A stretch of 64,000 nt of DNA from positions 27,156,001-27,220,000 of the forward strand of contig NC_088800.1 of NCBI RefSeq assembly GCF_011386835.1, in the 5' to 3' direction. The stretch is from Chrysemys picta bellii. Taxonomy: Eukaryota. Each line of letters begins with the position of its first letter. The stretch's first letter is position 1. The notes below the pieces were generated by a model, which saw nothing but the letters and a program-made list of their open reading frames with translations, was not told the DNA's origin and made no database searches. Positions 43,612 to 56,150 of this stretch are shown here, in pieces. A program made the position numbers and the translations under genes.

Positions 43612-45513
43612 CTATTAAACAAAGCAGCAAGCGTGTTTTGAAAAAACAATATTTACATCCATCTCAAAACATTCTTACAGTTTATATACAAAGATGTTTC
43701 CAGGATACACTCTGAAATCAATACAGGGAAACAGTGTGTGAATTAAGCTTACTTACAAGAATGCACCTGAAACATGAATTCAAAAAGGAAATTCTGAAGC
43801 ACAAAGCTGTAAAACTAAAATTCCCATGACCACCTCAAATATATTTTTATTCACATGCAAAACAGTTAGTTAACATACAGATAAAGTAATAGGTACTCAG
43901 CACTGCCCTGTACTCATGATTTTCCAGAATATGAGCCTAATTCCCAAAATTCCAACATTGGCAAACCAAGAAATGCAGAATTAGGGTCCTCTTACATGTA
44001 CCTCAAAAGGTTAATGTTACAAGAACAAAACAAGTGTTAAAAAGCAAAACACTGAAAAGTGTTAAAGCAATACTTTCCCACAAACCTAAGTGATCCCCCA
44101 CAGGGATCGCTACAGGAACTGGGATTACCACAGTATCATAACCCCCTTTCTCTAACCAAGCCCTGTACAGCTCCAAATCAGCACTTCTATTCAGGCTGTT
44201 CAATGGACTTTCACTGTATTCTGTAAAGCATCAGTGACCTGAATACTTGCTACTGATTGGAAGAGGCTAAGGGATGACGAAGACTCCTCTGTTCAGACAT
44301 CAAGGAGAAAAAGAAAAAAAAGATAAGCTCATATGGGAAAGTCATTTCAACTTTGCATTTGCTCATTTGCCAATGTTTAAATTGGGGAAGTTAATCTTAT
44401 GTTCTGGAATAGAATGAGGCACAAGGCAATGCAGAAGCATGTATATCCTACAAATATCTTTTTCCATGTGAACTTCCAGTTTTCAAAAAATTATATAGGG
44501 CATGATTGAGGGGCAATTATGGGACCAAAGGGGTGCTGTAGGGAGACTTTGCTAGCACTTCTCCCATGTCCACAATTAGCAGCTGGAGAAACCAGCAGGA
44601 CTGGTGAGTAGAGTTTCAGTCTTGCTATCCCTTTAGGACCCAGACCATTTGCATTGAGAATGGCTCTGATTCCGGATACAAGATGAACCCAGATGAATCT
44701 GTATGTGGACTCCACATGCTTAAAATTCAATCACAAGAGTCAGATGAGGAGAGGATCTGAACTCATAGTCACTGGGACTGCAGATGAGCACCAGCCTCCC
44801 CAAGCAACCAGCTGAGTTGAGGTGAGTGGAGCAACTGCCAGGGCCTCATTCACTAAGCATTTCCTTGAAGAGCTCAAGCTGATCTTTAGCTGATCTTCAA
44901 CTGAGCCTCCTCTTAGTTTCCCTGACCTTACACCCCACCCCTACCAACTCTGAGAACTATGTACCTGTCAATGGTCTAAGATTTGCCTGCTTATTCTCAG
45001 CTCCCCACCCTAGCTTCACTGTGTACCTGATTTTAGAGCACTTAGCAAATTAAAAGTTGGTCATTTGTGGGAGAGGCTCTCTCATGAACCCTTTAGCCAA
45101 ATAACCCCAGATTTCCACTACATAGCTTACCCCAGATTCCAACAGGGCATAGCTGTCTTGAAGACAGTCTGGCTATACACAAGCATTCAAGCACTTTGAA
45201 ATGTAAAAGCACGACATTTTGTAGGGGCTGTATACCAAGAAAAGCATGACAAAAATGACTGCAAATTTACCCCCACCCCCAAATTTGAGCCCAGAACACA
45301 CTTAAGGAAACCAACCATGTATCCCTACATGTCTTCCAACATTTTATTTTGGAGCAAGGAGGGGTGCAAGATGGGGTAAGATACCATAAATGCATCGCTT
45401 TGTAGATGGTGCTCTCTTATGGAGATACACAAGAGATTTTGGTTCCCATCAACAATGTATGAACCACCAGTAGTGGAAAGCACTCTTCCCCACCCCCCAG
45501 AGTTTACATCTCC

Positions 45514-45516
<3 letters not shown>

Positions 45517-45546
<30 letters not shown>
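45517..45546. repeat. (TA)n microsatellite
   Basis: Direct read. Others: (TACA)n/(CA)n at about 20972-21020, A23 at 19281-19303, (TATG)n at about 2826-2843. Confidence 0.9.
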
Positions 45547-45549
<3 letters not shown>

Positions 45550-46391
45550 CTGGAATACATGCATTTACAGTCAATGACCAAGTTATTGATTCTATGCTGG
45601 TGAAGACTCTCTAGATTCCCTTCACCATTCATTCAATATGAGCATAAAGTTTTATAGTTCAAGGTATGTGAACTCTTAAATGGAAGTAAATTTGAATAGG
45701 CATCAAATTTAATATTTCATACTCGATCACCTATAGCCATTTCATAATCCTTGTAGAAACTTAACAGAAAATTTCAAGTTTTTCCAACAAGCATTACGGG
45801 GAAGGTCAGGACTAGTTTCCACGTTCAGCTTGTTCAAAGGGCTAAGCACCAGATTACATACAATTTTTACAGGGGCCTTCTTTTGGGATATGGGTGTCTA
45901 AGTTCACCACATTGCTTGTCAAAATCCCTCAGGTACCATGTTGCCTGATATTGTAGTTGGGCCACTCAGTAGTATAACTGAATAGGGGATGGTCAAATCA
46001 ACTGTTCAGCCATCTGGTTTAGTTCATCCTTAAGTGAAAATACACAGACTGAAGTCACCATCTGTTTGAAAGGAAGGAGGAAAGAAAGGAAGGAAAGACT
46101 ATGTTCAGAAGTGCAGTACCCACATTCTTGAGAAGGTTCTTAAAATGAAGGACATTCAGACTTTGAATGACTTCAAATAAGTTATGAAAGTATTTTGCAG
46201 TAAGTCCACCAAAACTAAGTTAGGAAAAGATAAATCAACTGTCCATGTATCATATTTTAGTATTTTTTCAATTAAGGAAATTTTAAAATAATATCTGAGC
46301 AATTTGATCAAGTATTTTCTACTTCATAAGTCAAAACAACATTAAAAATCATTGCACTTTTTAATCAATGTGAAATTGTTGTTGTACTTAC

Positions 46392-46510
46392 CATATATGT
46401 GTCCAGTATAAATATGGGAGGTATCATAATCAACTACTTTATTTGATATTTCTACTTTGAAGTCATCACTAAAGAGGGACGTATCTCTCTTCATTCGAAG
46501 GTTGAAGTGT
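46392..46510 (-). CDS. ADAM10: ADAM10 exon 3 (prodomain)
   Basis: 119 bp, tttatag acceptor, gtaagt donor; [39 protein letters not shown]. Confidence 0.97.
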
Positions 46511-48267
46511 CTATAAAGTAAACAAAAGATAGTAAACTGAAATATAATTTCAATTCACAAACACTGCTGAATACAGACTGTTAAAATGTGGGTAGTAAAA
46601 ACACCTTGCAAATCCTTTAAAAATATGGAAACAATATTCCTTACATAGAGCATGAGACAGATAAACATATTACAAGAATGATTTCAGTTCAGTACATAAT
46701 GGTATTCAGACGTTTCTGATGTAACTATACTAACAAAATAATATAAGAGAGAAATGGCCACTCTTAAAGTTCACAAACCTAATCTTACCTGCTCCAGCCT
46801 TAACTATGGATTTTGTTCCCACTCCTCCATAAAACGCAGGAGTAACTGAAGGAAGAGCCATCTTTTCTTTGATAAAGCATTATAAACTATTCAAGTTAGT
46901 AATCTCTTCATTTTCAATTTATTTTACTTGCAATTTCCAGCATAGAGACTTAAAGTATAGATATACTGTTGGATTAATTTGATATGAAATTCAAAAGTAA
47001 GATGGACGCCAACACTTGTAATAAGTCCACAAATATGTGTAAGGATTACTACATGTAACTATAGCAGTTCAACTATATCTAAATGGAACAGATTTACTTA
47101 TATTTAACACTCCGACTACATTTAATTCCACTAGAAATATAAATGATCTCTTTGGAAATCAGGAGCACAAATTTATGTTTCAACCTCTAATACTTAAGTG
47201 GAAGAAAAAGTTATCAAGATATAAAATGTCAACTTTGTCCATTTTTTTTTTTAAAACCATGACAATTTTTACAAGTGCTGCAATAACTAATACACCACTA
47301 GTGATCCACAGCTATTAGGCCCAAAATTAATTTTCACTCCAACGCTATTATTTGTATTACAGTATGACAAGTGCCACATTAATAAAGTATTTTTTAAAAT
47401 CAACAACTGCATAGTCCAATTGAACAAAATAATAATTACCTTTACCTGGCAACTTATTTTAGTCATCTAAATTAATCAGGACTGCAACATTTAAACTTCA
47501 TGTTTTGCATATAGAATCACCCTCCCAACACTAGAAAGCTCTTAAAATAATATAAAATCAACCTGGGTTTTGTTTAATGAAGTTTGCAATATCAGTTTCA
47601 TTTAGGTCTTTCTATTGTATGACTCTTCCTCACTACAGAAATCCCTTACTTTACATTCAAACAATGAGATGGACACAAGTGCTGCTGCCGCCACTCCTAA
47701 ACACCGAGAGAGTGGATGCACGTGAAGCCAGACATCTAAAGGCTTGTCTACATGGACACACGGAAGTTAAGGCAAATCAATTAAAGATCCGTACTGACTT
47801 TGCACCTTCCGGTAATCTGTCTTAATCTTCCTGAATGTTCCCAGGTACACATCCCCTGAGAGGTGGTCAAGCTTTGGGCTTTTGATCTGTTCTCAAGAAG
47901 CACTACTAGCAAGGAACCAAACGCTCCCCTATCAGCAGCGGAACCTACCCAGCTCCAGAATCACATAGGAAGGGAATAGTGGCAGAAGTTGGAGATGCTG
48001 TCATTTCCCATTTCCCACATAACATATGCGCTTCATGACACAACTTGAATTCACATGTGCAACACAGACTGACGTTCGTCCTTCTCAAACTACAGAGACA
48101 ATTGTCCTTACTGAAATCTTGGATGGAGATTGTGTTACAGAATATTATCCTCCTCTTGTAGAGAATCTTACTGAAATCAGGGACTCAATGTTCTAGGCAC
48201 TATACAAGCATAGCAAGAGATGGCCCTGCTCTCAAGAGCTTACAGTCTAAACATGCAAGACAACACG

Positions 48268-48412
48268 ATATTACCTCCATTTTGTAAATAAGAAGCTGAG
48301 GAACAGAGATTAAGAGAACTACCCAAGATCCACATAGGAAACCTTTGGCAGGGTATTACCTTCAATCTCCCTAGCCCCGGTCCAAATGCCTTAGCCACTA
48401 AACCATCCTTCC
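48268..48412 (-). mobile_element. MIR-like CORE-SINE fragment
   Basis: Reverse complement resembles the CORE consensus (ccattttgtaaatagaagctgaggaacagagattaag); a weaker copy lies at about 32318-32468. Recalled similarity. Confidence 0.6.
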
Positions 48413-48556
48413 CAATTTGTTCTGTGACATAGATGCATGCCATGCTCCACTCTAATATTCTGGGACCGACACGGCTACAACACTGCATACATCCTGCCTC
48501 AGATGTCATTAGTAAGGGCCATCCCAGATCTTTACCTCAAATCAAGAAAGAGGGGG

Positions 48557-50165
48557 TGTCATAAACATACAGCTAAGGGTAGCATAAAATCCCTCCTTTA
48601 CCTGTAAGGGGTTAAGAAGCTCGAATAACCTGGTGGGCACCTGACCAAAAGGACCAATAAGGGAAGAAGATACTTTCAAATCTGTGGGGGGAGTTTTGTT
48701 TTGTGCTCGCTTTGTGGTTCTCTCCGGGACAGAGAGGGACCAGGGCAGGAAAAACGATCTCCTAAAACACTGCCTGAAATAAGCATCCAAGATTACAAAA
48801 ACTGTAAGTAATAGCAAGGAAATGCGTTAGCTTATCTTTTGTTTTAGCTTGTGAATTTTCCCTATGCTAAGAGGGAGGTTTATTCCTGTTTTTTGTAACT
48901 GAAGTTTTGCCTATAGGGCTGTACCACATCCCAGTTTAGGGTTTTCACCATTTGAACTTGTGTAGGGCCGCGAGGTTAAGGGGCCATTACAGTTGGTGAA
49001 TCAGCAATAGGAGGGGTTTACGCCTTCTCCAGGAACTAACATTCTGGACTTTGTAAACAACGTACAAAACACCCTCCAAGACTCTTGCTAGAGAAAGCCT
49101 AAAAGATGCTCAAGAAGAGCAAAAGGCCTGGTATGATAACCATGTCAGAGAGTGTTCCTTCAAAGTAGGGGACCAGGTCACGGTCTTGAAGGCACTCCAG
49201 GCCCATAAGATGGAAGCATCGTGGGAAGGGCCATTCATGGTCCAAGAGCACCTGGAAGCTGTTAACTATCTCATAGCATCCTCCACCTCAACCCTAAAGC
49301 ATACCATGTTAATTCTCTAAAGCCCTTTTACTCCAGAGAATTAAAGGTTTGTCAGTTTACAGCCCAGGGAGGAGATGACGCTGAGTGGCCTGAAGGTGTC
49401 TACTACAAAAGAAAAAGTGACAGTGGTGTGGAAGAGGTGAACCTCTCCATAACACTTTGACGTATGCAGCGACAGCAGATCCAGGAGCTGTGCACTAGCT
49501 TTGCACTGATGTTCTCAGCCACCCCAGGACAGACCGAACGGGCATACCACTCCATTGATACAGGTAATGCTCGCCCAATTAGATCCCAACCTTACCGGGT
49601 GTCTCCTCAAGCCAAAACTGCTATATAACGGGAGATACAGGACTTGCTATAGATGGGCGTAATCCACCCCTCTAACAGTGCATAGGCATCTCCAGTGGAT
49701 CCAGTTCCAAAACCAGATGGGAAGATATGCTTTTGCGTGGACTACCGTAAGCTAAATGCTGTAACTCGCCCAGACAACTATCCAATGCCACGCACAGATG
49801 ACCTATTGGAGAAACTGGGACGTGCTCAGTTCCTCTCTACCTTAGACTTAACCAAGGGGTACTGGCAAGTACTGCTAGATGAATCCGCCAAGGAAAGGTC
49901 AGCCTTCATCGCCCATGTAGGGCTGTATGAATTTAACATGCCCCCTTTAGGGCTGCAAAATGTGCCCTCCACCTCCCAAAAACTTGTAGATAGTCTCCTA
50001 GTGGGACTGGGAGACTCTGCAGTCGCCTACCTTAATGATGTGGCCATCTTTTCTGATTCATGGGCAGAACACCTGGAGCATCTACAAAAAGTCTTCGAGC
50101 GCATACGGTAGACAGAACTAACTATTAAGACTAAAAAGTGTCAAATAGGCCTAAACAGAGTGACT
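48557..50165 (+). mobile_element. Degenerate Ty3/gypsy LTR retrotransposon fragment of Gmr1 type (partial LTR, integrase C-terminus, then RT)
   Basis: TG-starting LTR-like segment 48557-48905; FAYRAVPHPSLGFSPFELV*GRE and WEGPF integrase/GPY-F motifs (48906-49280) upstream of RT (FCVDYRKLN, LDLTKGYWQ, YLND; 49590-50165); several stops. Confidence 0.85.
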
Positions 50166-53100
50166 TTGAAGAGTAATCAAATTAGTGAGACAAACCTGAA
50201 ATAAGCATATATAAAAAGGGTATTACTTGGCTTGTAATTTTCATTTCTGTAGTCATTATAATAAATATTCTTGACTCTTTCCACCTTTACTTTCCCCTTA
50301 ATCTGCTAGCAAGAAAACAGTTAGCACATCAATATTGACTTCTCTTAAATCCACTGTTTAAACGAACAAGAAAAAAATCAATTTCTCCCCCGTACATTGA
50401 GATGTACACTACACAAACACATTCAGATTCATAGTTTATATAGTAAAACCTACTGTCCATTTGTGCTCACAGTATAAAAAAAATAAAGGGTGTTAATGTC
50501 TGAAGTCAGTCACATTGTCAGTCACTTTCAATCCAATTTTGTTCCAGGATACACCTCAATTATATAATAAATAATATCTTCAGTTTTAAAGTTTCCTAAA
50601 AATATCTTCAGCATTTTCTTAATATTAAGATTCAATTTCATCTAAATTCAGAAAAACGCACAGTGAAGTCTATATTCAGACAAGTTTTTTCTTTGATTTT
50701 TCAATACAAACACCAATACAAAATGTAATAAGCAATACCTCCAAATACAACTATCCTTATATTTCCATAGCCATATTACTTTTCAGTACTAAGAAACAAG
50801 CAGTAAGTTTCCTGTTCTCTAACCTTCTCTATTAAATAGCGCACACACCACTCCAGCAAAAAATAGCATTTTATGTATTATCTTTTGAGAAAGTAATCTC
50901 AATACTCAAAGTTAACATCTGGTAGATTAGCTTTAAGTAAATTAGTAATTTATAACAGGATGAGAAATGCACACTGCTACACAGCCTAGGAGATTAGGTA
51001 AACAAACTTTATATTTGGTAGTAAGAAGAAAACAAATGTCTCACTGAAAGTTTATGTCTACAGAATGTCCTTATGTAAATGGTACATCTCTAGACATATA
51101 TACTTTATGTACTTGTAAACTATAAATATTTAGAGACCAAATGACAAACAGATGGAAAATTGAGGAATTCAAGATTACAGAATAAAACTAAAATATTAAA
51201 TATTACTTTGTTTTGATATTACATTGACAAGTTACACAACTGCCCTGGTCGCCAACTTCATCCATTTTAAACGATAAAGTTGAATATAATGAAGTTCACA
51301 ATATGCTCTTGCTTAAGCCTGGTCTACACACACAGCACTGGTTTAAAGGTATTGTTTTAAACAGACTTAAAACCTTTGCGTGGACATTCTTATCAGATTA
51401 TGCCTGTAAATCAAGATAAACTGATACGGCAGGTTTAAACAGATATAGGTGTCCATACACAAGGTTAACAATGTTATACCAATTTAAATACATTTTAAAA
51501 CTGATTTAAGTCAAACTGTTGTGTTTAGACAAGCTCTTGACTCCATCCATCTGCTGAAACTCTAGTAACAAATCTCCACCCTCACATTTGAGGGACTGCT
51601 ATCTTCCTCCTAGGGGAGGCCCAAGTGTGAAAGAATAACCTAGTCTCCCTGATTTCACTGATGTCTATTAAAAATCCTAGCAAGACCTCTGTCACAGCTG
51701 ACTCAAGTGAATGGTATTCTTTCTAAAAGGAAATTCATGTGTTTTTATTCTGCCTGCAGACCCGTAACTTAGTCTATATGCTCAGAGAAAAGAATGACCT
51801 TGATCTCTATATTACATGTGATACAGTAGCATATTGAAAATAAAGTACTCTAAGACTAAACTTTTCCAGTTCTAATTCATATAAACTGAAGTCAATCATG
51901 AGCTATTCGAAAATAAAGGACAAGCTTATTATTATATCTAACACTGAAAACTACATAACTACTCAAGAGAGGTATGAAAAACAGGTGTAGAAATACTACA
52001 TAATCAGGGCCAAATCCTCCTCTCAGACACTCTTGCTCAACTGAAGTAAGTGGAATTGAGAATGTAGCTGGCCTTATTACAAAAGGAAATTATATACAAA
52101 GCCAGAATATACTGGATTCAACCTAAAATTACACAGAGTAGGATAAACAGGCTCTATGTCTCAACTGACACTAAAATCCTCTTCTGAGGTATTTACACAT
52201 CATTCTTCAATCTTGCACTTCCTACTCCACAACAGCAATTGTTGAGGTAGGTTTGCTTAGATGGCCTGTACCTTATAATAAAAAAATTTCTGTTGGTATC
52301 TGAGAATGTGTACATCCTGGGAATTCATACCTCCATTCTGGGAATCCATACCTACCAAACTGGCCTGTAAGGTAAACTTCCAGTAACCACTGGAATTAAT
52401 ATTCCTGATTTCTAAAAACACCACTATGTTCCAGTATATGGGTAAAGCTACAAATTATACACAAATGCTAATTAGTGTGACTAAACTTTTTATTATGAAC
52501 AGAGCAGTTTGAACGATCAGCCATTCTCAAGTAAAACAGACTAGAGGTTTAAATAAAAATACATCCTTTTATGCTTTTACATACTGACTTCACTCTTAAA
52601 TGAGGTGAGTAGGAAGTGATGAGGAAATTTAACTAAATTAAGAAATCTGTTAGATAATCTGATTAAAAACAGCTTTGGAACATAACAGGCCTTCTTCTCT
52701 TGGTCATTTGCACATACTCCAGGTAGCAAAAGAATAATCAGTCATAACTCAGCAAGTTTGGCGAGTCACTAGCACTAATTTTTGCTAATGAGTTTCCAAG
52801 GGGAAAAAAAGGGAGGGGGATAAAAGTTATTTGATTTCAAGGATGAAGTACAATTTAAGTTAAATTAAGCCCCAAAGCTTTAGATAGGCAGTGGTAATGA
52901 TGAAATTCTGTACTACATATTTTAAAAGGTAGATATTGGTTTAAACCCACACAATCACGTCAATTCACAGTTTGGGATCAAAATAGTACCTCGACAACAG
53001 GACTCCTACCTTTGAATTTCTGTGCTTGGGGATTTGCATTTAGTCTCATTTTATTAATGTGTTACCTATTGTTAGCAATGAAAGCAAATGAACCATTTTG

Positions 53101-54452
53101 CTCAGTACAATTATGTAAACTGACATAGCAAGAACTTCTTAATATGTATAAACTGAATTGTAATGCATTTGAAATATGGCTTTGACCTTCTTGCTTGCAG
53201 CCACATATTGCTGAAAAAACTGACAAAGCACCACACAGGCAGTACCAATACCCAGCAAGCTATGTTGCTTGAACACTGGTTAAATAATCTTTTTCACCCG
53301 TTTCCAGAAAATAGCTAGAGTACGATTTCTCTCATATTTCATGTTTGCCACATTAGCATAAAAGTACATTTCATACAGTGATGTTACCTCTAGAGCTGAA
53401 CTAAAATATTCAAGAACTATGGTTTTAATCATGCTTATTATTGCAGATTTTTAGGTTTTGTTTTTTTTACTAAATAGATTTTTTATTATTGCTGTTATTT
53501 TAATTATGATAGATTAACTGATTATATACAACCATGGAGATGCAATAATGAGCCATGTTTAAGTTACTGCATGGTTTGCTTTAAAAAAAGTCAGTTTCAA
53601 CAATTTTACTAAAACAAATGTACAGGCCAGACTGTCCCTTTGTCATGAAGATTTGTAGTTGAAACAGTTGCTAACTATGCTCAGACAAAACCTTTGTAGT
53701 TTCTCATAAGCTTTAATTATATCTATCCTACATTTTACTTTAGCCATAAAAAGGTATGCACAGTATTACTGCATACAAATCAAACAGCTGAAAACTACTG
53801 ACATGCTTATTTTGACTGAATATGATAACAGTTAAGGTATGCAAAGCATTTAGTGTTTATTTCTGCATCAGGTTCCTATAAAATAGGAGACAACTGTTAT
53901 TTTTGCACAAGACAACTTGGGAAATCTCATCAAGAGAAGTTCCCGTACACTAGGAAACACAGCTCTAACCAAAGTAAAGACTAACAGGCATGTAAATGCA
54001 GCCTTAGAGTCCCTAATCTCCCCCTTCCAATTTCGCACAATTTGTTACTCTTTCCAACTTTTAAGCTAGCTTGTAATTACTTTCCCTCTCCCCCATAGTT
54101 GAATAGTTTCCCCTTTCCATTCCCAGCTTAATTCTTACGAAAAGAACCTTATTACTTTTAATGCTTTTGCCTCAATATAAGTATTTTACAGATCAGATGA
54201 ACACAAATAAAAAACAGGGATCCCTAACAACTCTGAAGCCCTGAAAAAGTCTGCATCTGGATCCAAACTTGACTTTAAAGTGATCGGTCCAAATTGCAGA
54301 CATTTTTATAACAAAGTGCTCTTTCATATACGTTTTAGCTAGCGCATTTTTTCCTACAGAAATTTACTAGTGAAGCATGCAATGGAATGGCTTACACTAT
54401 AAGCCAACAGTTTCTTTCCGAGTCTGTGTGTTTTGAGTATCTTCTAAAAGCT

Positions 54453-56150
54453 AAAAAAACCCGTTACTAATCTGTTCTGTAACTGTTTGAGATATGCTGC
54501 ACTTCCATTCCTCTCAATGTCAGTGCACTGAGCACCCAGCCAATGGAAACTTTTTCCTTCCGCAGAACCTGTTAGGCAGCTCAAGCTTCCCCTACTGCCA
54601 TTTGCCACTGCACACAGGTTTAAAGGGAAAAGCCACCCCTACCCCATCTCCCCCATTCTTTCCTGCTGTACCTCCAATGAGACGGGTAGGAAAGAGGGTT
54701 GTGGAATGGGCATGTGCAAAACATCTCAAAGAATAACTTATGGAACAGGTTAGCAACTGTTTTTTATTTGAGTGATTGCACACATGCATTCCACTCTTGG
54801 CAACTCTCAAACTGTAAGACAGGAAGTGGAATCAGAATCTATTTCAATAAAGATTAGAGAATAACTTGTCCCACTCTAGCATTGTCCCTGGAGCCTTGAG
54901 GCAAGGTATCCAAACACTCATCCACTCTGGTTGTATGTGATTTTGGGTAGAATACAGGCAAATAAATTGGCTGGATTATGGAAGAAGAGGAAACCATCTT
55001 TGGGGCGATCTTTGGATGAGGACGCAGGTAAACCTTGTCCTTAAAATACATCATATAGGAAGTCCCGACATTAATGCCTGCAGCTCTCTATTCTTCTGGC
55101 CAAGGTAATGGCCACCAAAAAATGCCACATTCATTGATAGATGCAGCAGCGAGCAGGTAGCCAGCAGTTCAAATGGGGAACCAATAAGTCTGGACAATAC
55201 TAAGTTTAGATCCCCTGTGGAAATGGGCTCTTGCAATTGAAGATATAATTTGACTAAGACCTTTAAAAACCTTATTGCATGTCATTGGAGAAAACAGAAC
55301 GATTATCCACTTTAGGATGGAACACTGAAATATCAGCCAGATGTACTTTGATGGTATAACTGCAAAATCTTGGTGTTTCAGGTATACGTAGTCCAGAATT
55401 TGTTGAACTGATGAACCAGTCGGTGATACCCCATATCGGCAAGACCAGATGGAGAAAAGTTTCCATTTAGCAAGGTAAGTAACTCTCACAGAAGGCTTTA
55501 CTATTGTGCAGGACCTCTTGAACATCTTTCAAGCAAGCGTGCTCTTTAGCACCTACCCGTGGAGCATCTATGCAGTTAAGTGAAGGGACTGTAGGCTCAG
55601 GTGGAGTAGGCAACCGTGATCCTGGGAGATTAGGTCTGAGTCTAGTGGAAGTGAAATTGCAGGTTTCACTGATAGTGCCAGGAGAGTGGAGAACTGTGGA
55701 GAGTGCTGATGGCCCATGCTGGGGTTACAAGTGTGACTCCGGTCTTGTCCAGTCTTATCTTTAGCAACATCCTGCAAATGAATGGGATTGGTGGAAAAGC
55801 ATAGAGGAGCCTGACTAACCATATCAGTAAAAAGTCGTTTTATGGATCTTGGGCTGTGACCTCATACGGAACAGAACTACTAATGTTTTCTGTTGGACTG
55901 TCACAAATAGGTCCACTTGGGGAACCTGTCCGCTGGAAGATGTATTTGGCCAGATCTGGGCGAAGAGACCACTCATGGTGACTCGTAAATTATCTATTCA
56001 GTTGGTCATCTAGGTCATTCTGTATTCCTGGCTTCTATATCTACTGACTGGCAATAACTCCCAGAGTAGAGTCACTTCTTGACAGCGTGGAGAAGAGCAT
56101 CCTCCCCCGTTCATTGAGATAAAATATTGTCGCCTCAGTCCATCTCATTT
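54453..56150 (-). mobile_element. Decayed 3' portion of an older DIRS1-type element (RNaseH/MT, partial YR, ICR, 3' ITR)
   Basis: Broken frames resembling the young copy (YLAKWK, DLNLVLSRL, FKDKVYLRPHP, SQDHG..LQSLHLTA, HEWSLRPD); ICR-like 54702-54810; ITR-like end near 54453. Confidence 0.88.

Larger units (their letters stand above)
1708..46510 (-). other. ADAM10: ADAM10 gene, partial (coding exons equivalent to human exons 3-12 with introns)
   Basis: Ten GT-AG exons (119,159,104,150,93,184,164,184,151,184 bp) with compatible phases. The spliced translation gives prodomain, RKKR furin site, [11 protein letters not shown] zinc motif and disintegrin domain. Exon numbering is from recalled human gene structure. 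Confidence 0.98.
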
